DNA of 32,000 nucleotides, taken from contig CP012986.1 of NCBI GenBank assembly GCA_001761425.1, positions 900,001 through 932,000 of the forward strand, given 5' to 3'. The DNA is from Candidatus Saccharimonadota bacterium. GTDB lineage: Archaea; Nanohalarchaeota; Nanosalinia; Nanosalinales; Nanosalinaceae. Shown here one piece after another: positions 1 through 8,564 of the stretch. Numbering within the stretch: the first letter of the stretch is position 1; each line of letters starts with the position of its first letter. The notes below the pieces were generated by a model that was given only the letters and a program-made list of their open reading frames with translations, was not told the origin of the DNA and searched no databases. The position numbers were made by a program, and so were the translations under genes.

Positions 1-128
1 GCCTCTTCAAGTACAAGTACTGCGTTTTCCTGGACTTTTTCGAGTACTATGTCCAGTTTTTCGTTGAACTGCTGGTCTGTCAGTTTCTCCTTTGACAGGA
101 ACTCGATGGTGACTCCGTCCTCTCCCAT
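1..128 (-). CDS. DUF2073-like protein, N-terminal fragment (gene continues past the window start)
   Basis: The reverse-strand ATG at 126-128 overlaps the TAA stop of the upstream GTPase by 1 nt (TAATG). My translation MGEDGVTIEFLSKEKLTDQQFNEKLDIVLEKVQENAVLVLEE stays open to position 1. The ..VLVLEE N-terminus and the position directly after this GTPase family fit the archaeal GTPase-DUF2073 gene pair. This is recalled, not searched. Confidence 0.45.
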   Translation of the reverse strand, partial: MGEDGVTIEFLSKEKLTDQQFNEKLDIVLEKVQENAVLVLEE

Positions 129-772
129 TACGTTAACCTTTCAATTATTTCCTCATAAAGTTTGTCGATGTTTTCTCCTTCTTTCGCAGAGATTTCAAGC
201 ACTGGATGCTGTGGGAATGCGTCTCTGACTCTTTCCGGATCTGCATCCTCCAGATCTGTCTTGTTAGCCAGTACAAGGATCGGTATGTCTTTTGCTTCCA
301 GGTTGCCGATGATCGTAACGTTTACCTGTGTGTATGGATCTTCTGTGGAGTCAAAGATTACGAGACATGCGTCTACATCGTCAAGATACTTGATAGCTTC
401 TACTATGCCTTTTGTTGCTTCCTTGGCTCTTCCTTTTGCCTGTTCCTCTTCAAGACCGTGCTCTGTGAAGTCCTTGAAGTCTACATTCGTGGATATTCCA
501 GGCATGTCCAGAAGGTTGAGATCCAGTGTTCTACCGTCCTCGGATTCTATTGTGACTTTCTCCTTTTTTTCAACGGCTCTGGTCTCGTGCGGTACTTCGG
601 ATACGTTGCTCATCTCCTCGCCTGTCAGGTCCTGGGAGATCTGGTTCGCTAACGTGGACTTGCCTGCGTTAGGAGGGCCGTAGATCCCTATCCCGATATC
701 ATCTTTTCCTGAACCACTGAACAAGTTGCTGATAAGTTTCCTGAGGCGAGATATCATTTTGACACCGCTCAA
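128..772 (-). CDS. small P-loop GTPase (Era/MMR_HSR1-like archaeal GTP-binding protein)
   Basis: 214-aa ORF with G1 GPPNAGKS, G3 DMPG, G4 NKTD and G5 SAK. A TATA-like GGTTTTTATATC lies about 20-30 nt upstream on the minus strand (791-803). Confidence 0.85.
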   Translation of the reverse strand: MSGVKMISRLRKLISNLFSGSGKDDIGIGIYGPPNAGKSTLANQISQDLTGEEMSNVSEVPHETRAVEKKEKVTIESEDGRTLDLNLLDMPGISTNVDFKDFTEHGLEEEQAKGRAKEATKGIVEAIKYLDDVDACLVIFDSTEDPYTQVNVTIIGNLEAKDIPILVLANKTDLEDADPERVRDAFPQHPVLEISAKEGENIDKLYEEIIERLT

Positions 773-853
773 TAATAAATCCGGAGACTAGATATAAAAA
801 CCATTTCATTGAAAGGCATGGATTAAATAAAAAAAGCGGTTCAAATCACAGAT

Positions 854-1288
854 ATGAGAACTGAAAAAGGAGTGGTCGTGGTAGCATACAAAGAAGTCAG
901 GAGAAACCTCCGCTACCTCGTACTCAAAAGAACAAAGAACTGGGAAGGCTGGGAACTACCAAAAGGCCACCTCGAAAACGACAACTACAGAGAAACCGTC
1001 AAACTCGAACTAGGTGAGGAAACAGGCCTGGAAGAGGAAAAAATTGAAGAAGTACAGGAAATGGAAAAGAAGCTCGAATGGACCTTTGAAGACGACGGAG
1101 AAAATGTGAAACGGGAGTACAAGGCCTTTGTTGTGAAGATAGGTGAGGATGCTGTGGTCGATGTTTCCGGTAATCCTCATGATGAGCATGAGAACGGGTT
1201 TTTCCTGGATTACGAGGACGCTTCTTCGCTCTTGACCTATGATAATCAGAAAGAGCTTCTGGAACAGGGTAAGGAGAGCCTGGAGTAA
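854..1288 (+). CDS. Nudix-family hydrolase (degenerate Nudix box)
   Basis: 144-aa ORF with a Nudix-box-like segment GHLENDNYRETVKLELGEETGL. A TTAAATAAAAAAAG TATA-like element sits about 25 nt upstream of the ATG, suggesting a leaderless mRNA. Confidence 0.6.
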   Translation: MRTEKGVVVVAYKEVRRNLRYLVLKRTKNWEGWELPKGHLENDNYRETVKLELGEETGLEEEKIEEVQEMEKKLEWTFEDDGENVKREYKAFVVKIGEDAVVDVSGNPHDEHENGFFLDYEDASSLLTYDNQKELLEQGKESLE

Positions 1289-1334
1289 CTTATATGTTAA
1301 AAGGCCTTGATGCCGAGTATTTGTTTGTGATACT

Positions 1335-1589
1335 ATGAGCAAGCCTGATGAACTTCTGGAGGTTTACCAGTTTGAACAGTGTCCTTACTGTTCGAAGGTC
1401 CGTAAACAGCTTACAGAGATGCAGATAGACTTTATCGCAAGACAGGTCGAACCGAACGGAGATCGTGAGAAGCCTGAGGAGTTGACCGGTGAGACACAGG
1501 TTCCAGTCCTGGTTGATCCTGACAATGACACAGTGATGAACGAGAGCGATGACATAATCCAGTATCTGGAAGAAACTTACGGAGAATAA
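1335..1589 (+). CDS. glutaredoxin-like thiol-disulfide oxidoreductase
   Basis: 84-aa ORF with a CPYC active site near the N-terminus (YQFEQCPYCSKVRK) and a VPVL cis-Pro region typical of the thioredoxin fold. Confidence 0.8.
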   Translation: MSKPDELLEVYQFEQCPYCSKVRKQLTEMQIDFIARQVEPNGDREKPEELTGETQVPVLVDPDNDTVMNESDDIIQYLEETYGE

Positions 1590-1598
1590 ATTCTTTCT

Positions 1599-1630
1599 CA
1601 AGGCCTTGAAAAAGGCCTGGTTCTTTTTTT
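1599..1630. terminator. bidirectional terminator: AGGCCTT-GAAA-AAGGCCT hairpin plus T-run
   Basis: A 7-bp perfect stem (1601-1607 with 1612-1618) carries a GAAA tetraloop and is followed by TTCTTTTTTT (1621-1630). It lies between convergent genes that end at 1589 (+) and 1629 (-). Confidence 0.5.
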
Positions 1631-1994
1631 ACAGCACTTTTTTGACTTTGTCTACTGCGTCACTCATCTCTACTTTTACTAGGCCCATGTTGACGTCGCT
1701 TTCTGTTAGTATTGCGAGTATTCCTTCGTCTCCTGCTCCTGTGGCGATAAGTTTTCCGTTAGCTGCTTCTATACTTACTTCGTCCACGTCTCCCATGTTC
1801 AATGCTTCGCTGGCGGTTTCTCCTGATCCTACCGTGGATGCTGTCATCGCACCGACCTGATCGTCATCAATGTCCTGGCCAAGGTTGGATGCGATCAGTA
1901 AACCGTCTCTTCGTACCACTGCTGCTCCTTTAATCCCCTGGACACTGTCCAGATCATCCAGCGGCTCGTTCAACTTTTCCTCCTTACTTGACAT
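1629..1994 (-). CDS. Roadblock/LC7 (MglB-like) domain protein
   Basis: 121-aa ORF. LDSVQGIKGAAVVRRDGLLIAS ... NGKLIATGAGDEGILAILTESDVNMGLV follows the Roadblock/LC7 pattern. A GGTGAAC Shine-Dalgarno-like motif lies 10-14 nt upstream (2004-2008). Confidence 0.8.
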   Translation of the reverse strand: MSSKEEKLNEPLDDLDSVQGIKGAAVVRRDGLLIASNLGQDIDDDQVGAMTASTVGSGETASEALNMGDVDEVSIEAANGKLIATGAGDEGILAILTESDVNMGLVKVEMSDAVDKVKKVL

Positions 1995-2151
1995 TTTATA
2001 GGTTCACCCTGTAGAATCTGGTGGTACTCATCTATATTGTATTTACTTCTACTGTGGGTTTAAATATCCTAATCCTGTGGTGAGCAGTAAACAATTCAGG
2101 GGGTCCATATCAGTGTCTTTAGACTCGAGGGATGGAGTAAATCTGTCTTAT

Positions 2152-4755
2152 CTACTTTTTGTACATGTAAGATTGGTCGATATATCTATTGGCTACTTTC
2201 TTCAGTGCTTCGAGAGCTACTATCGGAACTAAAGTCGCAGCTGTCAGGGTTTTCCATGTCTCAAGGCCTAGAGGCTGGTGGCCGAAGATGTTTGCTGTCG
2301 GCGGGAAATATACCAGAAGTACAAGCACCGGGATGAGGAAAAGTACAGAGCCTACAAGCCATCTGTTCTCGAAGAGGCCTACTTCTAGAACTGATTTATC
2401 CAGGGAGCGGTAGAAGTTGGCAGATATCATCATCAGTGTGATGGCTGCGAAGGTTGCTGTCTGAGCTACCCCGAGATTCTTCAAAGGGTCTGAGAGATAA
2501 AATACCGCGAAGGCTGAGAGACCCATGACTGTCGCCATTGAGCCGATGAGAAACAGATTTCTCCTGTGCATGATGCCTGCGGACGGGTTTCTTGGAGGCC
2601 TCTCCATTATTCCTTCTGTTCCCGGATCCATGCCCAACCCGATCGCTGGAATCTCCTCTTCGACAACGTTCAGGAAAAGGATCTGAACCGCAATTAGAGG
2701 AAGGTATTTGAAACCGAAGAATGCGATTCCAAGCGCAAGGACCACCAGTTCTGTGAAATTGATAGATATCAGGTAGGATGTGAATTTCTCGATGTTGTCG
2801 AAGATTCTCCTTCCATCCTTTACAGCAGAGACAATGGTCGCGAAGTTATCGTCTTCCAGTATAACATCGCTGGCCTCCTTCGTAACATCTGTACCTTTCT
2901 GACCCATGCTCACACCGATATCAGCCTTCTTCACTGCTGGAGCATCGTTTACACCGTCTCCGGTCATCGCCACTACCTCATCACCTTCCTCAAAGGCCTT
3001 TACGATCCTCAGCTTGTCCTTAGGATGGGTCCTTGCAAAGATATCGATGTCATCAACCATCAGCTCCAGTTCACGATCGCTCATATCCTGGACCTGTTCC
3101 CCGGTAACTACCTTCGGATCCTCTGAAAGACCTACATCCTTCCCGATAGCTCTGGCAGTCCTCGCATTGTCTCCTGTCACCATCTTCACATCGATACCTG
3201 CCTTCTCACATCTCTCAAGTGCTTCTTCAATTTCTTCTCTCGGAGGATCGATCATACCGGCAAGGCCTACAAAAGTCATCTCCTTTTCTACATTTTCCCT
3301 GTCGAAAGCTCCCTCAAGATCTTCTTTGAATGCGAAGCCAAGAACTCTCAAGGCCTCTCCCGCCATACTTTCGTTCTGTCTGATTATATCTTTTTTTCTT
3401 TCCTCTGTAAGCTTTTTTCTCTTTCCATCCTTCAGTACGTGACTGCATTTCTCCAGTACTACTTCTGGTGCGCCTTTCATGAAAGCGTAGTTCTCTCCGG
3501 TAACTGTTTCCTCACTTACTGTTGTCATACATTTTCTGTCGGATGTAAACATCAGTTCCTCTTTTCTCTGGAACTCTTCTTCCAGTTCTTCACGTTTCAG
3601 GCCTTCTTTTTCACCCATAACTGTGAGAGCTGCTTCTGTCGGTTCACCCTGTATTTTGTAGTTTCCTTCCTTGAGCATTAGGTATGAGTTGTTGCAGAGG
3701 ACTGCTGTTATGTACATTCTTCTCAGTGCGTCGCTCTCCTGTATGTTGACATTTTCCCCGTCTCTCAGAAGATCTCCCTCCGGTACGTAGCCCGAGCCCT
3801 CGACGCTGTATTCTTGGCCGTCCGCATAAACTTTCTTTACCGTCATCTCATTCTTGGTGAGTGTCCCGGTCTTGTCCGTGCATATCGTTGTTGTAGATCC
3901 AAGGCTTTCCACTGCCAGCATCTTCTTCACGACCGCGTTCCTTTTCGCCATATTCTTCATACCGACAGAAAGAGTCAACGTGAGAGCCAGTGGGAGGCCT
4001 TCAGGTATCGATGCTACTGCAAGAGCCAGTGAGACTATCAGGATCTCTGTAAAAGGTGCTCCACGTACGAGGCCTAAACCCATGACTACAAAGGTTGCGA
4101 GGACAGCTACAGCTCCCAGCTGTTTTCCAAGGCGATCAACATTTTTCTGTAGAGGTGTTTTCTCCTCTTCCTGCTGTATATCGTCTGCGATACTTCCAAG
4201 CTCGGTGTTCATTCCTGTGGAAGTGACTTTGGCCTCTGCTCTTCCATAGGTCACGGTAGTGCCAGAATAGATTTCGTCTTCTGCGTCTTTGGAAACTGGT
4301 TTGCTTTCTCCTGTCAGTATAGCTTCGTCTACTTTGAGAGAGTTTGATTTGATCAGTTTTGCGTCAGCTGCTATCTTGTCGCCGACATCTATCTTCAGTA
4401 TGTCCCCTGGAACGACTTTTTCACGTTCGATTTCCTTGATCTTTCCATCTCTGATGACCTTGACCTTGGGCTGGGTCATCTCTTCCAGTTTCTGCATCGC
4501 CTGTTCGGCTTTCCACTCCTGTACGAAACCCATAACTGCGATGAGGCCTATGATGGCGTTTACAAAGTAAAATTCCAGCATTTTTCCAGCGAAGACGGAG
4601 ATAACCGCTGCTGCTACAAGTATCCAGATAAGAGAGCTTTTGAACTGTCTTTTGAAGATGCTCCATTTTGTGGTAGGATCTTTCTCCTCCAGTCTGTTGG
4701 GACCGTTCTCTTCCAGTCTTCTGTCTGCTTCCTCCTGACTGAGGCCTCTCGCCAT
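2152..4755 (-). CDS. P-type cation-transporting ATPase (type II, Ca2+/SERCA-like)
   Basis: 867-aa ORF with TGES, the DKTGTLT phosphorylation site, KGAPE, MVTGDN, the TGDGVNDAPA hinge and multiple TM segments. Confidence 0.95.
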   Translation of the reverse strand: MARGLSQEEADRRLEENGPNRLEEKDPTTKWSIFKRQFKSSLIWILVAAAVISVFAGKMLEFYFVNAIIGLIAVMGFVQEWKAEQAMQKLEEMTQPKVKVIRDGKIKEIEREKVVPGDILKIDVGDKIAADAKLIKSNSLKVDEAILTGESKPVSKDAEDEIYSGTTVTYGRAEAKVTSTGMNTELGSIADDIQQEEEKTPLQKNVDRLGKQLGAVAVLATFVVMGLGLVRGAPFTEILIVSLALAVASIPEGLPLALTLTLSVGMKNMAKRNAVVKKMLAVESLGSTTTICTDKTGTLTKNEMTVKKVYADGQEYSVEGSGYVPEGDLLRDGENVNIQESDALRRMYITAVLCNNSYLMLKEGNYKIQGEPTEAALTVMGEKEGLKREELEEEFQRKEELMFTSDRKCMTTVSEETVTGENYAFMKGAPEVVLEKCSHVLKDGKRKKLTEERKKDIIRQNESMAGEALRVLGFAFKEDLEGAFDRENVEKEMTFVGLAGMIDPPREEIEEALERCEKAGIDVKMVTGDNARTARAIGKDVGLSEDPKVVTGEQVQDMSDRELELMVDDIDIFARTHPKDKLRIVKAFEEGDEVVAMTGDGVNDAPAVKKADIGVSMGQKGTDVTKEASDVILEDDNFATIVSAVKDGRRIFDNIEKFTSYLISINFTELVVLALGIAFFGFKYLPLIAVQILFLNVVEEEIPAIGLGMDPGTEGIMERPPRNPSAGIMHRRNLFLIGSMATVMGLSAFAVFYLSDPLKNLGVAQTATFAAITLMMISANFYRSLDKSVLEVGLFENRWLVGSVLFLIPVLVLLVYFPPTANIFGHQPLGLETWKTLTAATLVPIVALEALKKVANRYIDQSYMYKK

Positions 4756-4854
4756 TAAACAAGAATTAGATGAGATGGTTGAAAAGGTTTCTACCTGGAG
4801 AGGCCTTTATTTTTTCTAGAATTCAGAGAAAAACGTCTGGTCGTCTTTGGCAAC

Positions 4855-6225
4855 TTAATCACCTGCTTCAGACTCGACTCGTGCAGTGGTTACGTATACG
4901 CTTGGCCGACCGAAGACTACTTCGTCCAGGAATGATACGACGTAGACAATACTCTGAAGTGCGAGATAGAACCAGAGTGTTACCGGTGCTAGATACTCTC
5001 TCCAGTCGTGGGAAAGCCCGTCACGGTAATCCTGTATGAAGACGCATCCTACTGCGAGAGCTGGTGCTGCGGCCAGTATTCTCCACAGAGATTGTTCAAA
5101 TGGCAGGTAGGTACTGGTGTTGATACCGAAGTAAGCCAGAGCCAGTAGCGGGAAGGTAAAGGCGACGAATACCGGTACTAGTGCGTAAAAGAAGGTGAAC
5201 GCCGAGTCAATACGTGCAGTTGGAGAAACATTTCTATTCCTCGGGAGTCGGGTCAGATACCTGAACGCAACCTGCATCCATCCACGTGCCCATCTTTTGC
5301 GCTGGCTCCACCACGACTGTAGTGTTGCAGGATTTTCCTCAAAGGTGATTATAGAGGGGTCAACACGCAGTTTCTTCCCGTACTGATGGATTTTGGAAGA
5401 CATGTCAATGTCCTCAACTAGAACAGTCTCATCGAATTCACCTAGCTCATCGAACATTTTCTTACGGAAAAAGGCCTGGCCTCCGCCGAAGATAGTGAAT
5501 CCTCCGAACAACTGTCTTGCGAAAAGATCTCCTTTTTCCGCAATATGTCTTTCTATTGTTGCGTGTAATGCCAGAAGCGAATCCTCCGCGTTATCACCGT
5601 AACAGCGGCCTTTGACACACCAGATATCTTCATCTCTCTGGAACCAGGCAACTGCACGTTTGATCGCATCAGGTTTGAAACGGTGATCTGCGTCAATACT
5701 GGCGATTATTTCTCCAGTCGCATGTCTGAGAGCATAATTAGTCGCCTTCGCCTTTCCACCTCCAGGCTCATCACGCCTGACGGCTACAAAACGATCACTA
5801 TCTCTAGCAGCAGACTCACATATCTCCTCAGTATTATCGACCGAATCGGCCTCATAACAGAGTATAACCTCTAGCTTGTCATCATCATAACCCAGGGACT
5901 TACAGGCCTCAATCGTCTCCGGAAGCACAGCGGCTTCATTGTACGCAGGTATAACCACACTTACGCTCGGAAGTTCTGCCTCATCATCCAGTTCAGGAGT
6001 CCTAGGCCTGACAAAAGTAATCAAAGCGGAAAAAAGCGCACGACCGGTCAGGAAAAGTAATGCAACAAGCATCAAACTCGTCAATACACGAATCCATGAA
6101 GAAAAAACCAGTGCCGGTGCATAGAGAAAAGCTGAAATCAAAATTGCAGCTGAGATGTAACGAAGCCCGTACCAGAACGAGAACTGTTGACTCTCTGCTG
6201 TCTCAACTTCCATATTACACAACAT
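4855..6225 (-). CDS. membrane-embedded family 2 glycosyltransferase (processive, cellulose/chitin/PNAG-synthase-like)
   Basis: Motifs VSVVIPAYNE, DADH and QRKRWARGW (QxxRW), flanked by TM segments. The longest ORF reaches 6408 but would overlap the divergent photolyase start. In-frame ATGs at 6225 and 6213 (MLCNMEVETAE..) are more plausible, so the start is uncertain. Confidence 0.85.
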   Translation of the reverse strand: MLCNMEVETAESQQFSFWYGLRYISAAILISAFLYAPALVFSSWIRVLTSLMLVALLFLTGRALFSALITFVRPRTPELDDEAELPSVSVVIPAYNEAAVLPETIEACKSLGYDDDKLEVILCYEADSVDNTEEICESAARDSDRFVAVRRDEPGGGKAKATNYALRHATGEIIASIDADHRFKPDAIKRAVAWFQRDEDIWCVKGRCYGDNAEDSLLALHATIERHIAEKGDLFARQLFGGFTIFGGGQAFFRKKMFDELGEFDETVLVEDIDMSSKIHQYGKKLRVDPSIITFEENPATLQSWWSQRKRWARGWMQVAFRYLTRLPRNRNVSPTARIDSAFTFFYALVPVFVAFTFPLLALAYFGINTSTYLPFEQSLWRILAAAPALAVGCVFIQDYRDGLSHDWREYLAPVTLWFYLALQSIVYVVSFLDEVVFGRPSVYVTTARVESEAGD

Positions 6226-6384
6226 TGAACAAAAGAAGTTTAATACAAAACCCTTACGAACCGAAAACCATCCAGCGACTCCAGAAAAATAGAACAAGAA
6301 TAAAAGGCCTAAAAATCTCAGTAAAAAATCCTCACCGTCGGGAATGGGTAATGTGAAAAATTTCCCTGGTAAAAGTGATTCTTT

Positions 6385-7857
6385 ATGGGGAGAAAGGTTG
6401 TATGGCACAGATATGATCTCAGGCTGAGAGATAACAAGGCCTTATCTGAAGCAGGTGAAGAAGCTGTGCCAGTCTATATTTTTGATCCTGAATGGCTGGA
6501 AAGTGAATTAGTCTCAGATTCGCGTATACAGTTTGTATTTGAATGTCTGAAAGATATTAATAGACAGTATCAGGTCAAGGACTCAAGGATAAGTCTCTTG
6601 TACGGTGATCCGGTTGAAGAACTGGAAAAGCTGAATGATAGAGGATATGATGTATATTTCAACAAGAACGCGAACCATTTCAGACAGGAAATGGAGGAAG
6701 AGGTCAGAAACAGGTTCCAGGGCTTTTCAGGAGACGGAGTTGTCAGAAACAAACCCGGTACACGGAGAAAATGGGATAACAATGCGAAAAAATATTTCAG
6801 AAGTAAACCGCCGAAGATCGCAGAAAGTTTTGATGACAATCCTGTACAGAATCAGGTATCTCTAGATGAAATAGGAGAAAAATACAGTGTTAGGCCTGAA
6901 AAGAAAAAATTCGGGCCAGGAGGCAGTGAAGAGGCTGGAAACCGCCTGAAAAGTTTTCTGGATAATATAGAAAAATATCCTTCCAGCATATCCTCTCCCA
7001 TCAAGGCAGAGAAAAACACTTCACACCTATCCCCCTATATTCGATACGGATGTATAACCCGTAGACAGGCCTACAGACATGCAAAGTGGAGATCTAAAGA
7101 CTCCGATCAAGCTGACAGATACAAGATGTTTATAGACCGGCTTTTCTGGCATCTGAACTTCAGTCAAAAAATTGAAGACAACCCGGAACTGTTCAAAGAA
7201 AGTGTTAATCCTGTCTTCCGGGATCTGCATAGAGATAAGAGAGATGAGAAAAAGATAGAGGCCTGGAAGGAAGGGAAGACCGGTTATCCTTTAGTAGATG
7301 CATCTATGAGAGCTCTAGTTAGGACTGGCTGGATCAACTTCCGGATGCGGGCTATGTGCGCCACATTTTTCTCTTACATACTGAAACAGTGGTGGAAAGA
7401 AGGCGCAGACTTTTTCTACAAACACCTGATAGACGCAGATGTCGCAATAAACTACTACCAATGGCAGATGCATTCAGGTCTTGTAGGAGTACATAAACAC
7501 AGGATTTACAACCCGACAAAACAGGTAAAGGACAATGACCCCAGAGGAGAGTTCATCAAAAAATATGTACCGGAGCTACGTCCCCTCAGTCCGGAACAGA
7601 TAGTAAAACCTTGGGAAATGTCCGAACAAGAACAGAGAAAGACAGGAGTAAAAATAGGGAAAAACTATCCAGAACCGATAGTTAACCACGAAGCCGAGAC
7701 AAAGAAAGCCAGAAAATTCTTCAAAGCCAAGAAAGGATCAGCACACGCAGCATTCAAAGACGACGAACTCTGGAAAAAGGCCTCCCTGAGCCCAAGACAT
7801 GACAGACAGAAAATACTGGAAAAGGCCTCCGAACAGAAAAGCCTGAAAGACTACTGA
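6385..7857 (+). CDS. phr: cryptochrome/photolyase family protein (deoxyribodipyrimidine photolyase)
   Basis: 490-aa ORF. The N-terminal VVWHRYDLRLRDNKAL matches the photolyase alpha/beta domain. The C-terminal TGWINFRMRAM...LIDADVAINYYQWQ matches the FAD-binding domain pattern. Confidence 0.85.
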   Translation: MGRKVVWHRYDLRLRDNKALSEAGEEAVPVYIFDPEWLESELVSDSRIQFVFECLKDINRQYQVKDSRISLLYGDPVEELEKLNDRGYDVYFNKNANHFRQEMEEEVRNRFQGFSGDGVVRNKPGTRRKWDNNAKKYFRSKPPKIAESFDDNPVQNQVSLDEIGEKYSVRPEKKKFGPGGSEEAGNRLKSFLDNIEKYPSSISSPIKAEKNTSHLSPYIRYGCITRRQAYRHAKWRSKDSDQADRYKMFIDRLFWHLNFSQKIEDNPELFKESVNPVFRDLHRDKRDEKKIEAWKEGKTGYPLVDASMRALVRTGWINFRMRAMCATFFSYILKQWWKEGADFFYKHLIDADVAINYYQWQMHSGLVGVHKHRIYNPTKQVKDNDPRGEFIKKYVPELRPLSPEQIVKPWEMSEQEQRKTGVKIGKNYPEPIVNHEAETKKARKFFKAKKGSAHAAFKDDELWKKASLSPRHDRQKILEKASEQKSLKDY

Positions 7858-7903
7858 AAATAGGAAGAATACTCTGAACATGGGCTGGCTATTGGATAGG
7901 GTT

Positions 7904-8064
7904 TGGACCGGCCCAGATTTGAACTGGGGATCTCCACGTTTCTGAATTTTTTCCGTTGATGCGGATTATTTGCATCCTTCTCGGAGAGAAGGCGTGTTTG
8001 GATACCCGGCTAAGCAGGGTGTGTTTATCAGCGTGGCGCTCTAACCTGGCTAAGCTACCGGTCC
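7904..8064 (-). tRNA. tRNA-Ile: tRNA-Ile (anticodon GAU) with an 86-nt intron at the canonical 37/38 position (intron 7940-8025)
   Basis: - **5' exon (minus strand):** GGACCGG-TA-GCTTAGCCAGGTTAGAGC-G-CCACG-CTGATA.
- **3' exon:** A-CGTGG-AGATC-CCCAG-TTCAAAT-CTGGG-CCGGTCC-A.
- **Fold:** the acceptor, anticodon and T stems are all complementary.
- **3' end:** no encoded CCA. Confidence 0.85.
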
Positions 8065-8085
8065 TTGGTAAATGTTGTTCCTTCC

Positions 8086-8098
8086 TTAATACTTTTAA
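8086..8098 (-). promoter_or_regulatory. candidate TATA box for tRNA-Ile
   Basis: The minus strand reads TTAAAAGTATTAA, centred about 27 nt upstream of the tRNA 5' end at 8064. Confidence 0.4.
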
Positions 8099-8177
8099 GA
8101 GGGTTGGAAAGGCCTTTTGTGGGTTCCCTGGTTGGGGAAAGAAAGAAGAAGGGAGTTGGCGTCCGGATTTTTCTGGT

Positions 8178-8564
8178 TTACTGTCCTGATTTGTAGAACA
8201 GGTAGAATCCGTAGCCTATGAAGAAATAGCTCATTAGGATGCCTCCGTGGTAGAAGATGTACCAGAAGCTGGGGTTTAGGCCTAGCATTTCTGGTTCGCC
8301 TCTGTGCCAGATGACGTGTGGTGTGGTTGTGAGCAGGAATACTCCGATTCCTGTGGCTATGAAGTAGAGGTATCTTGCTACCATTCCTCCGTATTGCTGT
8401 GCGGCTAGGTAGACGAACAGTATGGAGATGATTCCTGCTGGGAGCATAAGAAGTGTTACCGGTCCAATAGGTACTGGTGTTCCTAGCTCGTTTAGTGCTC
8501 CTGCAAGGATTGATAGGATCAGTGCAGATCCTATTACCGTGATGTCTTTTCTCTCCAGGTTCAT
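8178..8564 (-). CDS. small integral membrane protein (about 4 TM), unknown function, paralog B
   Basis: 128-aa hydrophobic ORF whose ATG overlaps the stop of the upstream paralog (ATGA). It shares M-x-LE-[KR]-KD, GG..(A/G)R, (A/T)-x-GIG, PH...H and the C-terminal GFY-x-x-Y-x-SG with ORF 8561-8959. Confidence 0.7.
   Translation of the reverse strand: MNLERKDITVIGSALILSILAGALNELGTPVPIGPVTLLMLPAGIISILFVYLAAQQYGGMVARYLYFIATGIGVFLLTTTPHVIWHRGEPEMLGLNPSFWYIFYHGGILMSYFFIGYGFYLFYKSGQ

Noticed and set aside
162-683. Plus-strand ORFs (162-683 and 206-652) overlapping the GTPase gene
   Set aside because: They are antisense shadows of a gene with clear G1-G5 GTPase motifs. Their S/C/L-rich low-complexity translations carry no motif.
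2189-4570. Several plus-strand ORFs (for example 2906-3442, 3854-4249, 4289-4570) and the minus alternative-frame ORF 4421-4762, all inside the P-type ATPase gene
   Set aside because: All lie within an 867-aa ORF carrying every P-type ATPase signature. Their S/T/P-rich or R-rich translations are typical antisense or alternative-frame artefacts.
6226-6408. N-terminal 61-65 aa extension of the GT2 ORF
   Set aside because: The extension would overlap the divergent photolyase start by 24 nt and leave no promoter space. It adds no recognisable domain. Internal ATGs at 6225 and 6213 precede the first TM segments. The extension cannot be fully excluded.
7940-8025. Possibility that the long tRNA-Ile intron hosts a box C/D guide RNA, as in haloarchaeal tRNA-Trp
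   Set aside because: The sense (minus) strand of the intron has no RUGAUGA or suitably placed CUGA. The only TGATG and CTGA strings are on the antisense strand and in the wrong order.
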